Origin: Candidatus Bathyarchaeota archaeon
GTDB lineage: Archaea; Thermoproteota; Bathyarchaeia; Bathyarchaeales; Bathycorpusculaceae
Assembly (NCBI GenBank): GCA_963707955.1
Contig: OY970176.1
Coordinates: 1,984,001 to 2,048,000 of the forward strand
DNA: 64,000 nt
Direction of reading: 5' to 3'
The translations under genes and the position numbers were made by a program. This document shows positions 23,559 to 32,539 of the stretch, piece by piece; positions within the stretch are counted from its first letter, which is position 1; each line of letters begins with the position of its first letter. Below the pieces are notes generated by a model that saw only the letters and a list, made by a program, of their open reading frames with translations, made no database searches and was not told the DNA's origin.

Positions 23559-24551
23559 TTATCTTTCAAGTAGTTTGTAAGCGGGATCAACTAGGTAATA
23601 TTTTTCCGCCTTTTTTTCGATAATTCGCAGATTCTGTAGCGATTTCAGAGACTCCGTAAATGTTGATGACTTGCTTATTTGTTTATACTTGCTTGCCGCG
23701 AGCACCTTTATTTCATTCCATGTCGCCCCGCCGCTAAATCTCGCTAGCGACAACACGATTGCACGTTGTAATGACCCAAAATCTTTTGACTCTTTGATCG
23801 CCGTCTTTTTGGCCAGCCTTGTCACTTCCTCCATCGCTTCAGGGTGAGATTTTCCAGAACAACGTTTTGCCCCGTAATACGTCAACCAGCCTGGAATACC
23901 CCCAAAGCGGTCTACTGCTTCTTCAAGTTCGCGTGGTTCATAATTTATCTTGCCCCTCTGAAAACCCGTTTCTAAAAAGGCTATACTGATATCCCTTGAG
24001 AAGGGGTTAATTTCTTTCTCTTCAATTGGTTTCCCTTGAATTTCTGCTGATTCTGCGATGGTTTTAATCAACCCCGTGGCGGATCCAGTGAAGAGAAGCT
24101 TTATTTTGGTTTCATTATAAAGCGTCGAGAGTATCCTTGGAAGCATGCGATCATTCAGTCTCTGCACTTCATCAAGAGCTATCAGGCGATTTCCCAATTT
24201 GCGAATGACTTTTTCAAACGTTTGAATTGGCTCGCGTCTCATCGTGAGACGAAAAACTTTGAGATCAATCTCTCCCTCCGTTTTTAACCTCCCGCCCGCG
24301 ACTTCATCTATCAGTCTCAATCCAAGCTCCTTAACCGTCAACACTGAAGAAACGTCTATGTAAATACCGCCGCGACTTTTGGTAAGGACCGTTGCGAGAG
24401 AGGTTTTCCCAATGCGCTTGGGTCCAATCAATACTGCCCAAAATCCACTATCAATTATCTGTTCTATCTCTTTAAGGTCGTCTTCCCGCCCATAAAGCAA
24501 CGACCGTTCTCTTTTCGGGCGTGTATCAAATAATTCGCACCGAATCATCAT
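23559..24551 (-). CDS. Archaeal AAA ATPase with C-terminal winged helix
   Basis: LFDTRPK..LYGRE, GPKRIGKTS, ALDEVQ, FTGS, GGIPGWL, YYLVDP; lower GC than neighbours. Confidence 0.88.
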   Translation of the reverse strand: MMIRCELFDTRPKRERSLLYGREDDLKEIEQIIDSGFWAVLIGPKRIGKTSLATVLTKSRGGIYIDVSSVLTVKELGLRLIDEVAGGRLKTEGEIDLKVFRLTMRREPIQTFEKVIRKLGNRLIALDEVQRLNDRMLPRILSTLYNETKIKLLFTGSATGLIKTIAESAEIQGKPIEEKEINPFSRDISIAFLETGFQRGKINYEPRELEEAVDRFGGIPGWLTYYGAKRCSGKSHPEAMEEVTRLAKKTAIKESKDFGSLQRAIVLSLARFSGGATWNEIKVLAASKYKQISKSSTFTESLKSLQNLRIIEKKAEKYYLVDPAYKLLER

Positions 24552-24660
24552 GTACCCTACCCTACTAAGTAGGGTATGGGTATATAAGGTCGTGTATCTG
24601 ATTCGAGTGCTTGAGCTGATTATGTACCCTGCCCTACTAAGTAGGGTGGGAGTATATAAG
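24550..24660. repeat. Two 39-bp direct repeats, each with palindrome CCCTACT-A-AGTAGGG plus a TATA box
   Basis: ATGTACCCTACCCTACTAAGTAGGGTATGGGTATATAAG (24550-24588) and ATGTACCCTGCCCTACTAAGTAGGGTGGGAGTATATAAG (24622-24660). Confidence 0.85.
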
Positions 24661-24883
24661 AAATGAGAAAATGGAGATGATGCTTTGTTTCAAGTATTGA
24701 TAGTGTTGCCTGATTTTTGCAAAGGAACGACGAGGCAAGCGGGTCATATAACTTAACAGTACCAAGGTCTGGAAAGGTTTATTTCGTTGCCTGGTGCTAT
24801 GATTCAAAATCAATGGCGGATGAGACGTCCGCTGGGATGTGGCCGAAAGGCTGAACCGCAAACTAGAGATTAAGGTGAAGCGA

Positions 24884-25462
24884 ATGGCCTACAAGTACAT
24901 TGCTGAGGCATGGTCGAAACCAGAGAAATCCTTCGTTGAAGAACTGATGCGTAGCAGGTTAATAGAGTGGCGTAGGCAGCCAGTGATAACTCGGATAGAG
25001 AGGCCGACGCGATTGGACAGGGCGAGAAGACTTGGGTACAAGGCCAAGCAAGGCTTTGTGCTGTCTCGTGTGCGCGTCAGGAGAAGTGGCTTCAGAAAGC
25101 TGAGGCCGACCTCTGGCAGAAGACCGAAGAGGATGGGTGTCGAAAAGTTCAAGCTGTCCAAGAGCATGCGACTGATCGCTGAGGAAAGGGTCGGCAGAAA
25201 GTTTCCGAACCTTGAGGTCTTGAACTCCTACTGGGTCGGTGAAGACGGCGTTTCAAAATGGTTTGAAGTGATAATGGTTGACCCTCAGCATCCGTCAATA
25301 AGAGCCGACAAGAACATCAACTGGATATGCCAGAAACAGCATCATAGAAGAGTTTTCAGAAGCTTAACCAGCGCTGGCAAGAAGGTCAGAAACCTGCGAA
25401 GGAGAGGACGGGGCGCGGAGAAGTTTAGACCAAGCTTGAAAGCTGGCACGGGAGGAAAATAG
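24884..25462 (+). CDS. rpl15e: 50S ribosomal protein L15e
   Basis: [44 protein letters not shown]. Confidence 0.98.
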   Translation: MAYKYIAEAWSKPEKSFVEELMRSRLIEWRRQPVITRIERPTRLDRARRLGYKAKQGFVLSRVRVRRSGFRKLRPTSGRRPKRMGVEKFKLSKSMRLIAEERVGRKFPNLEVLNSYWVGEDGVSKWFEVIMVDPQHPSIRADKNINWICQKQHHRRVFRSLTSAGKKVRNLRRRGRGAEKFRPSLKAGTGGK

Positions 25463-25466
25463 CCGA

Positions 25467-25730
25467 ATGATGGTTAAAAGACCCAAAGTATCTGAGAAGC
25501 GTGGACGACGAAGCCTGGGAAAAGGTTACAGCCCAGGCGAGCTGAAGAAGGCAGGCCTCAGCATGAGCGAAGCCGTGAAGCTTCACGTTGCAGTCGACCC
25601 GAGAAGAAAGACGGCTCACGAAGAAAACGTCGAGGCCCTTCAGACTTTTCTGCAAGAAAGGAAAGCCGTGGCAAAGACAAAGAAGCGTAAGAGAAAACCT
25701 AAAAGTTTAGGCCGCGCTAATGACGACTAG
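25467..25730 (+). CDS. rpl13e: 50S ribosomal protein L13e
   Basis: GKGYSPGELKKAGL, AVDPRRKTAHEENV. Confidence 0.85.
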   Translation: MMVKRPKVSEKRGRRSLGKGYSPGELKKAGLSMSEAVKLHVAVDPRRKTAHEENVEALQTFLQERKAVAKTKKRKRKPKSLGRANDD

Positions 25731-26187
25731 TGATGCGGTCTTGGCATCCAAGGTTCAAGTCGGCTACATTGACATAAGGGTCTTTGCACACGCAACCGAG
25801 GACCCAGAGAGAGTTCTGACCGCAACACGCAACACTCTGCCCAGAGAATCAATCGACACTGTAACCTTCAAGAAGGCCAACTTGACAGGGCATCATGGTA
25901 ACCCCATAATTCTTTATGAAACAAAAATCAAGGAGAAGAAGCTAGTTCAAGCCGCCTTCGAGAAGTTGTGTTCGGGTTTAAGCGTTTTAGACAAAGAAAT
26001 CTTGGCAAACGAGGTCCAACAGCACGTGGACAAGGGAAACCTCTACGTTCGATTGCACAAACAGTCTGCCTACCTCAACGAACTCAAGCTAAGCTCAACA
26101 GACCCCATTCATCTGCGAATACACTTCAAGAAGCACAGCACGGAAGAAGTCATAGACATCTGCAGAAGATCCGGGTTGCTACCATGA
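25720..26187 (+). CDS. RNA-binding protein (DUF54 family, exosome superoperon)
   Basis: HATEDPERV, GHHGNPI, LYVRLHKQSAY; conserved neighbour of rpl15e and rnp3. Confidence 0.85.
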   Translation: MTTSDAVLASKVQVGYIDIRVFAHATEDPERVLTATRNTLPRESIDTVTFKKANLTGHHGNPIILYETKIKEKKLVQAAFEKLCSGLSVLDKEILANEVQQHVDKGNLYVRLHKQSAYLNELKLSSTDPIHLRIHFKKHSTEEVIDICRRSGLLP

Positions 26188-26918
26188 AAAGAGCCTACGC
26201 TGACTTACACTTGCGCGCGAACATCAGCGATTCGTCACAGGTTTCAGGCTTGATAAGCAAGGCTTCAACTCTTGGATACAGCCTAGTGGCTGTGCCCCTT
26301 TCACCATGGACTCCTGAACACCAGCTTCAGCAAGTGCAAAGAGTCTGTGAAGAAGCAGCCATAGGATTCGCATCCCGAGTGGACCTGAAGCCCCGCACAC
26401 CCGAAGAGTTGCTGAAGGACGTGAGGAAGTTGAGGCGAAGGTTCGAGCTGATTGCCGTCATGTGCGAGTCGAAGGTTGTTGCGAGGCAGGCGGCGAAAGA
26501 CCGACGCGTCGACCTTCTGAACTTTCCCCAGCCAGACTTCAGGAGGGCGTTTTTCGATTCGGCTGAAGCTGAACTGGCTTCAGCATGCCTGGCTTCTCTT
26601 GAAGTAGACATAAGACCGCTGCTCACCCAAGAAGGAGCAGCAAGGGTAAGGCTTCTTTCCCTCCTGCGGAAGGAAGTTCAGACGGCCAAAGAGTTTCACG
26701 TTCCAATAGTTCTTTCAAGCGGAGTTTCAGAAGAACTTCTGATACGAAGACCATTGGACCTAGCAGCCCTCTCGTTTCTGTTAGGCTTAGACAAGGATGC
26801 TGCTATGGAAGCGGTTTCCAAAAACCCCATGGCAATCGTCAGAAGGAACAGGGAAAAGCTGAGCCCGCGATTCATCGCACCTGGAATACGGGTCACCCGG
26901 AGAGGAAACGATTGCTGA
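26184..26918 (+). CDS. rnp3: RNase P subunit Rpp30
   Basis: Start MKRAYADLH overlaps upstream stop (ATGA); RQAAKDRRVDLL, VPIVLSSG, RRPLDL. Confidence 0.88.
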   Translation: MKRAYADLHLRANISDSSQVSGLISKASTLGYSLVAVPLSPWTPEHQLQQVQRVCEEAAIGFASRVDLKPRTPEELLKDVRKLRRRFELIAVMCESKVVARQAAKDRRVDLLNFPQPDFRRAFFDSAEAELASACLASLEVDIRPLLTQEGAARVRLLSLLRKEVQTAKEFHVPIVLSSGVSEELLIRRPLDLAALSFLLGLDKDAAMEAVSKNPMAIVRRNREKLSPRFIAPGIRVTRRGNDC

Positions 26919-27232
26919 AAAAAGTGAAGCGGCGCTACTTAGCCCTGAAAATAGACTCCTGCGAGACACCCAGTTCGAACGAGTTTATGGACGCCATCTG
27001 GGAAACCATTTCTGGGCTTTACGGCGAATACGGCGCAAGTCAAACGAGCCTGAGTCTAATCAGCTTTGACGACAAAAACAAGAGCGTCGTCCTGCGCACC
27101 GGGCACACAACGGTCGATATGGTTCGAACCGCGTTGGCTTCAATAACGCGGATTAGAGACAAGCCTGCGGCCGTGCATGTCTTGGCAGTTTCAGGCACAA
27201 TAAAGGCCCTTCATAAAAGTCTGAGACAATAG
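26912..27232 (+). CDS. rnp2: RNase P subunit Pop5/Rpp14
   Basis: KRRYLAL, LYGEYG, VSGTIKAL. Confidence 0.9.
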   Translation: MLKKVKRRYLALKIDSCETPSSNEFMDAIWETISGLYGEYGASQTSLSLISFDDKNKSVVLRTGHTTVDMVRTALASITRIRDKPAAVHVLAVSGTIKALHKSLRQ

Positions 27233-27335
27233 TCTTTGAAAGGTTTGCTGCTGCAGTTTTCAATTCGCGCGCGCTGCCGCTTAACCCTTGATGTCATGGC
27301 CAAAAACCCTATTATTTGGTTACACGTGCTTGAAC

Positions 27336-27400
27336 TGGGGGATGATGTCGCCGTCCCAGTCTGATTGTTGAGATGAAGAGCTTATGACGGACAGACCCCA
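27336..27400 (+). ncRNA. C/D-box guide sRNA, probably targeting the 23S rRNA P-loop (Gm2251 equivalent)
   Basis: TGGGG/CCCCA terminal stem; C box ATGATGT, D' CTGA, C' ATGAAGA, D CAGA; two ~12-nt guides; promoter-like AAAAACCCTATTATTT about 25 nt upstream. Confidence 0.75.
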
Positions 27401-27634
27401 ACACTCACACGGCTTGCGAGCGTAGTCGCGCTCTGAGGGCCTTTTTCCTTTTCAGTCCGAAAATCAGAGCCAGAATCATTCCTGCGATGAAGCTGCCTCC
27501 GTGCGCAAAGTAAGCGACTTCGCTGCCAAGTCATAGAATCGTAAGAGGCATTGAAGCAAATGCTGACAGCCGATACTGAATACGGCTCGGCAGAATATTT
27601 ATCCTTTAGCAAACCCGCAGAGCGGTCGTTTTTC

Positions 27635-28018
27635 CTACCCGCACAAACATTCAACCATCTTTGTGCAGACCAAGCAAGGTTCCGGAATCGGAGTTCCTTT
27701 CTGGCGTTTGTTCAGATACCCGAAGAAGTGCCCGCACCTGAAGTCGCTCACCGGTTGAGCACCGAGTTCGCTAGATCCTTTCCGTAGAACCTCAGGTCTT
27801 CTGTCTTCCTCTTTCAAGGCTTCGATGCCGTGGATTCTTGTCATGCAATGTGGACATGCCGGGTATGTCTGTACGCTAACGCCTGTTACCACTCTTGCAA
27901 GAATTGGTTTCTGCAAAGCTCTGCCGCACTTGTCACATGTAAGGTCAGCATGGCTTATCGTCTTTGGACAATCATGCTCCAGTTTCCCAGAGCTAATGTC
28001 TGTTTGCATCGTCATCAC
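27635..28018 (-). CDS. Cys-rich Zn-finger protein
   Basis: CDKC, CPHC, CGHFFGYL..CLVC..C. Confidence 0.65.
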   Translation of the reverse strand: MMTMQTDISSGKLEHDCPKTISHADLTCDKCGRALQKPILARVVTGVSVQTYPACPHCMTRIHGIEALKEEDRRPEVLRKGSSELGAQPVSDFRCGHFFGYLNKRQKGTPIPEPCLVCTKMVECLCG

Positions 28019-28422
28019 AGCTTAACCCTATATCTGAAAGGTTAATATTTAATAAACCTTTTTGGATACGTGTCGAACGAAAAGACACTTAGAAGGCCCG
28101 ATTCTATTCTTCGAATTGTATACTCCAGTATACCCGTTTCTCCTCGCAAGAGTTCATCTGAGTCAACTATTGGCAGGCCATTTTCGCATGACAAAACCAT
28201 GCGGCCGGAGGCGAATTACACGACAAGCTTAAGAATTGGACGTGAAAAGACATAGTATGAAGGCGTATGCCCTGAGGAGAATGGCTGCTTCTTCCTTGTC
28301 TCCTTTCTCCCCACTACCATTCTCCTCATCCAAGGCCATTATGTTTACAACCCAACACATTTGCTTTCAACGGGATCATCGAACCTACTCGGCAAGAGAT
28401 TTGATCATCATAGTCATCGATG

Positions 28423-28439
28423 GTGAGCCCGCCCGGACT
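28423..28439 (-). repeat. Copy of the tRNA-Val 3' end (att-like)
   Basis: GTGAGCCCGCCCGGACT versus GTGGGCCCGCCCGGACT at 31975-31991 (16/17); on the - strand it ends in ACCA. Confidence 0.55.
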
Positions 28440-28559
28440 TAGACCCAAATGGGTCTAGTCCAATTCGGCCGAGCGAGATTCATTGAAAAATTGAAACTGA
28501 ACAAGGCACAGTTCGTTGCGCGGTTCATTTTTTGAAGTGTGCTGTGACTGGCTGTTGGT

Positions 28560-29876
28560 TTAGTTTGCCGTTTTTAGTGGGCAGCCCGCTCCGCATATTT
28601 GGAGGCTTGGGCATTCGTGGCATTTGTCTGGGGCGTATTCTCGTTTTCGGAGCTTCAGGCAAGTGGGGTTTTTCCAGATTTTTTGCCATTTGTCTTTGAG
28701 GATGTTTCCGAGTGGGACGAAGTAGCTTTGGCAGGGTATGACCGTTCCGTCTGGTTCGATGGCCATGTTTATGCGGCAGGCGCTGCAGCTTTTTATTCCC
28801 AGTTCCAGCTTCAGAGGGTCGGTTTCGCAGTATTCCGTCGGGGTGTACCACGTGAATTCCATTCCTAGATTTCTGGTCTCATTCTTTATTCGGGTCAGGA
28901 TCGGCTCTAGTGCTGCTTCGTCTAACGCGAAGGTTTTGGCTATTTCTGGTGCTTTCCCAGAGTAGATCAGGCTGTTGCAGGCGAAGTGTTTGAGTCCGAG
29001 GTTGTGGACGAATTCTATCGTGGCGTCTATGTCATTGACGTTTAGCTGGTTGAGTGTGGTGTTGCTGACCGTGTAGATTGGCGATGCGATGGCGTTTTTG
29101 AGTCCTTGGACGGTTTCGTCCCAGCTGCCGTTGACGCTTGTTATTTTGTCGTGGACTTTTGGGTCGTGTGATTCAAGGGTTATCTGGATGTGGTCTAGTC
29201 CTGCGTCGATGAGGGTTTTGAGGTACGCGCTGTCTTTGAGTTTTCGTCCGTTCGTGACGAGGCCGCAGACCAGCTCTTTTTCTTGCGTGTGCGCTATCAG
29301 CGTTGACAGGTCGTTTCTTAGGGTTGGTTCGCCGCCTGTGAAGACCACTTGGGGGATGCCTAGGGCTTGGAGTCTGTCGATCACGTTCACCCATTCTCGC
29401 GTGGTTAGCTCTTCTGTTTGTTTTGGGCCTCCGGCGTAGCAGTGTATGCACTTGTTGTTGCAGCGGTAGGTGAGGGCTATGTCCATGCGGTAGGGTGCGC
29501 TCAGCTCTTTTTGGAAAGGTTCTATCTTTTCTACGCCGAGGTAGGAGACGGGGCAAACGTCGGGTGTCTTGGCGAAGGAGTTGATGGTGAACAGTGTGTT
29601 TTTGATGTCTTTTCGGGCGGTTTCCGCGTCAACCTTGTAGCGTTTTAGAATTCTCTTTGCTGTCTGTTTTTCGTTTTCTCCTCGTATGAAAGAGTGTACG
29701 ATTTCGGTGGCTGTCTGGTTGAGGAAGATGACTCTGGAGGCGTTTATGACTAGAACTCCTTCTCCGTTTTTCTCTAATCGTAGATGGAGTCTGAGACCGC
29801 GGTATTCGCCCTCTGCGACTTTGAGGTGGTGCAGCACCTCTCTGGGTTTTGCTCTTAACTTGTCAAGTACATTCAA
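28560..29876 (-). CDS. Radical SAM/SPASM protein with N-terminal PqqD/RRE-like domain
   Basis: CNNKCIHC, FTGGEPTLR, TNG; SPASM C..EPDGTVIPC..LGNI..CHECPSLQICGAGC; N-terminal FLNQTATEIV..RILKRYKVDAETARKDI fits a PqqD-type winged helix. Confidence 0.93.
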   Translation of the reverse strand: MNVLDKLRAKPREVLHHLKVAEGEYRGLRLHLRLEKNGEGVLVINASRVIFLNQTATEIVHSFIRGENEKQTAKRILKRYKVDAETARKDIKNTLFTINSFAKTPDVCPVSYLGVEKIEPFQKELSAPYRMDIALTYRCNNKCIHCYAGGPKQTEELTTREWVNVIDRLQALGIPQVVFTGGEPTLRNDLSTLIAHTQEKELVCGLVTNGRKLKDSAYLKTLIDAGLDHIQITLESHDPKVHDKITSVNGSWDETVQGLKNAIASPIYTVSNTTLNQLNVNDIDATIEFVHNLGLKHFACNSLIYSGKAPEIAKTFALDEAALEPILTRIKNETRNLGMEFTWYTPTEYCETDPLKLELGIKSCSACRINMAIEPDGTVIPCQSYFVPLGNILKDKWQKIWKNPTCLKLRKREYAPDKCHECPSLQICGAGCPLKTAN

Positions 29877-31529
29877 CTATCTTGCACCTCCGCCGGCGCA
29901 GGCACAAGCGCAACCTACGCAGGCACAGGCGCATGCGCAGGCGTGGCATGCGCATACGCAGGATGGTTTTCCGCCTACTGGCTGCTGGCTTGGGGCAGAC
30001 TTGAAAGGCACGAGTTTGTTGGCGAAGTCTTGAACGTTTTTGACGATGTTGTTTGAGGCTGTCTGGAGTCCTCGTACGATGTTGTTGGCGAAGTCTTGGC
30101 CCGGGATCGGTTTGGCTTGGACAGGTGGGGCCGTTGGTGTTGTGACTGGCGTTGGGGGGCTTTGTTGTCCCGTCGATGCGTGTAGGCCGCCCCAGTACCA
30201 CCACCAAGCTGGGTTTGGATAAATGATTATTCCTGGTGGGAAGGCTGTTCTGAAGCGGTCTTCGAATTTGTCGTCTGCCAGTAGCCACTCGAGGTTTTTG
30301 TCGACGGCGTCGCCCTTGAGTTCTGGGGTTCCAGCCTGGGTTACCTGGGTCCAGGCTTTGTCTACTATGGACTTGTAGTAGTTGGTTGTGTCGTCTCTTG
30401 AGTAGCCGCGTAGCTTTTGGTCTACCGTATTGGTGAGTTCTACGTAGGTGCTGGCGAGCTTCTGCTCGTCGAGGGTTCCGTCTGGTCTTATGGCGTTCAG
30501 GTAATCTGTTTCGTAGTATCTTGGTAGTGGAGGCGACTGGCCTTGGGCTGGTTCGAGTTCGGTGAGTTTTATGAGGGGTTCAGTTTCGGTGACGGCGACC
30601 ATGCGCTTTAGGAGAAGCCCGTAGAGAATCATGGTGAGGACGCGGACGGGCTTTTGATCCAAAACGAGGGCTGCCTCGACAGCCGTGAGTGTTCGGTTGG
30701 CGCCCAAGGCTTCGATCGACATGCGGGGTGTTGCGTAAGCCATTCTGGCAATTCTTGTAAAGTACAAGATTATCGCGGCGGCCACTATGAGAAAGACTAA
30801 GACCAATGAAGCCGTGGTTGTTATGTCTGGAAATGGCCCAGGGGTCGGGGTCGGCGCGGAGGAAACGTACGTGGCTGGGAAAGAAACGCCAGAAGTGAAT
30901 TGTTGGCTTGGCGGCCAGTTTGTTCTCTCCCAGAAGACGGCGGTGTCGTTGTTCGTTTCTGTGAAGACATTGTCGAAGGGTGAGCTTGGGGGGTATTTCA
31001 CTTCGGTTTTTTGTACGCCTGGTGGGAGGATGATTTCCACGCGTAGGTCTGTTATGAAGCCGCTTGCGGTGGAGAACGTTGTTTGGTAGAAGAGCAGGTC
31101 GACGTTTCCCGGGTTAGTGGTGTCCGCATGGATCATGTTTGGAACCAGAGCGTAAACAACGAATGTGTAGGGCTGGTTCAGCGCAACGGGTTGTTTGAGG
31201 TAAACGTCGATGCCGTAGAAGCTTCCCGATGACGCGCTTTGATATTGAAGTGTGGCCCCCGACAGGTCTTGCACATACTGAATTTGGAAGCCTCCTTGGG
31301 GCATTCCCACAGTGAATATGCCTTGAGGCGAGCCGGAGAGATACGTGAAGGTTATGTTGTACAGAATGTATATCGACCTGTCCGTGTTGATCTGGATCTG
31401 GGCCCACTCTTGGCTTACGGAGTAGGTTACACCCTGAGCCCTTGCAAGTTGAGCCTTTGTCAGCAATAATCCGAGGCACAAGATCAGTACGATGACGGAC
31501 AAACCGGCGAGCTGCTGTTTCGTCACCAT
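29877..31529 (-). CDS. Single-pass membrane protein with C-terminal Cys-Ala repeat tail; putative rSAM substrate
   Basis: Signal peptide from ATG 31529, beta-rich ectodomain (DUF2207-like), PT linker, TM, cytoplasmic domain, ends SCVCACHACACACACVGCACACAGGGAR; stop abuts the rSAM start. Confidence 0.88.
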   Translation of the reverse strand: MVTKQQLAGLSVIVLILCLGLLLTKAQLARAQGVTYSVSQEWAQIQINTDRSIYILYNITFTYLSGSPQGIFTVGMPQGGFQIQYVQDLSGATLQYQSASSGSFYGIDVYLKQPVALNQPYTFVVYALVPNMIHADTTNPGNVDLLFYQTTFSTASGFITDLRVEIILPPGVQKTEVKYPPSSPFDNVFTETNNDTAVFWERTNWPPSQQFTSGVSFPATYVSSAPTPTPGPFPDITTTASLVLVFLIVAAAIILYFTRIARMAYATPRMSIEALGANRTLTAVEAALVLDQKPVRVLTMILYGLLLKRMVAVTETEPLIKLTELEPAQGQSPPLPRYYETDYLNAIRPDGTLDEQKLASTYVELTNTVDQKLRGYSRDDTTNYYKSIVDKAWTQVTQAGTPELKGDAVDKNLEWLLADDKFEDRFRTAFPPGIIIYPNPAWWWYWGGLHASTGQQSPPTPVTTPTAPPVQAKPIPGQDFANNIVRGLQTASNNIVKNVQDFANKLVPFKSAPSQQPVGGKPSCVCACHACACACACVGCACACAGGGAR

Positions 31530-31870
31530 GTTGGTTCCTCTGTGAGTTCGAACTTGTTTCCGCAGTGGCCGCACGTGACGAAGGGTTTTCCGTCAAGAAC
31601 TTCAGTCTTGGTCGCGTCGATCAGAGCTCCGCAGTTTGGGCAACGTATTTCTTTAGCCTCTAACGGTCCAGTGACCGTTACGGTTTGCTTAATCTCTATA
31701 GGTTTTTTCTCCAGGCCAAGGAAAATCAGGAATCCAGCGACCGCGAGGAAGACCAGGCCCACAAGAAAGTAAACAAGGCCAAGGTTAACTGAGACAACGA
31801 AGACGAGGCCCAAGAAGATCAGAACTGCCGACGCCAAGTAGATGGCAGCTCTAAGTATCCCCAGAGCCAT
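31523..31870 (-). CDS. Two-TM protein with C-terminal Zn ribbon
   Basis: CPNCGA, CGHCG, ends EEPTW; overlaps the downstream start; alternative start at 31915. Confidence 0.82.
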   Translation of the reverse strand: MALGILRAAIYLASAVLIFLGLVFVVSVNLGLVYFLVGLVFLAVAGFLIFLGLEKKPIEIKQTVTVTGPLEAKEIRCPNCGALIDATKTEVLDGKPFVTCGHCGNKFELTEEPTW

Positions 31871-31975
31871 AGCGCGTTGCGCGCGCCCGTACTCGCGTTT
31901 GGTTGCAGGGGACATAAACGACTATTTGAAGATTTGACCATAAAAGCCTTGTTGGGACTCAAACCGAAATGGGAG

Positions 31976-32076
31976 TGGGCCCGCCCGGACTCGAACCGGG
32001 GATCTTCGCCGCTTCCTCAGGCGCGTGCTAATCAGCCTTGTGAGGGCGACGTCCTACCAAACTAGACTACGAGCCC
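31976..32076 (-). tRNA. tRNA-Val(CAC) with ~27-nt intron in the anticodon loop
   Basis: GGGCTCG..TCGCC CT CAC [intron] GC GGCGA..GGTTCGAGTCC..CGGGCCCA; CCTC/GAGG helix and bulges place the intron at 36/37 (or 37/38). Confidence 0.9.
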
Positions 32077-32539
32077 TGTTTGTCCATCTTTGTTTTTCCT
32101 CGCCTAAGATTTGGAATACTTGTTTCAGCTTCATAAAAGCTTTCCCGAAAAGCAGGTTCAAGAAGGAGTAGAGGCGAGCCAAGTTGCACGGTACCAAGGA
32201 TGATGGCCATTTCAAAGAGGAAAAACAGATCGATGAGGTCTTGATGATCGTGCTCTTCTTAGCATGTGCCTTTGTTGGCTACCTTCTAGTTCATCTGCTC
32301 TGACCGTCGTCGACGTCGCGAATCAAGCTTCCAGCGCGATTGGTTGTGAAACTTTGTTCCACAAAGCTTTTTTGGCGGTGCCAAACCATTAAATTCGGGG
32401 TGCAAGCTTGGAGATTTATCCATTCTCCCTTCTCCTTTTGGCTTAATCTCCCATAAGCTGAAATCGTGCTTGCGCCCCAATTTCCAACATAACGCTCAGA
32501 AAACTTAAAAACAAACCCTGCCACTTTTTGGATGTCAAT

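Noticed and set aside
24550-24660. Two 39-bp repeats with a 33-bp spacer as a mini CRISPR array
   Set aside because: Only two imperfect units, each containing a TATA box, one abutting a start codon; better explained as a duplicated promoter-operator.
25968-26183. N-terminal extension of Rpp30
   Set aside because: Overlaps the upstream gene out of frame; the true start is the ATGA-coupled ATG at 26184.
27400-27630. RNase P RNA downstream of rnp2
   Set aside because: The conserved P4 motifs (GAGGAAAGUCC and ACAGAA..GCUU) were not found.
29877-29965. Cys-Ala tail as a microsatellite or slippage artefact
   Set aside because: Codons vary (TGC/TGT; GCA/GCC/GCT), so the repeat is maintained at protein level.
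32100-32520. Short ORFs between the two tRNAs
   Set aside because: Fragmentary, with no recognisable family; possibly decayed gene debris.
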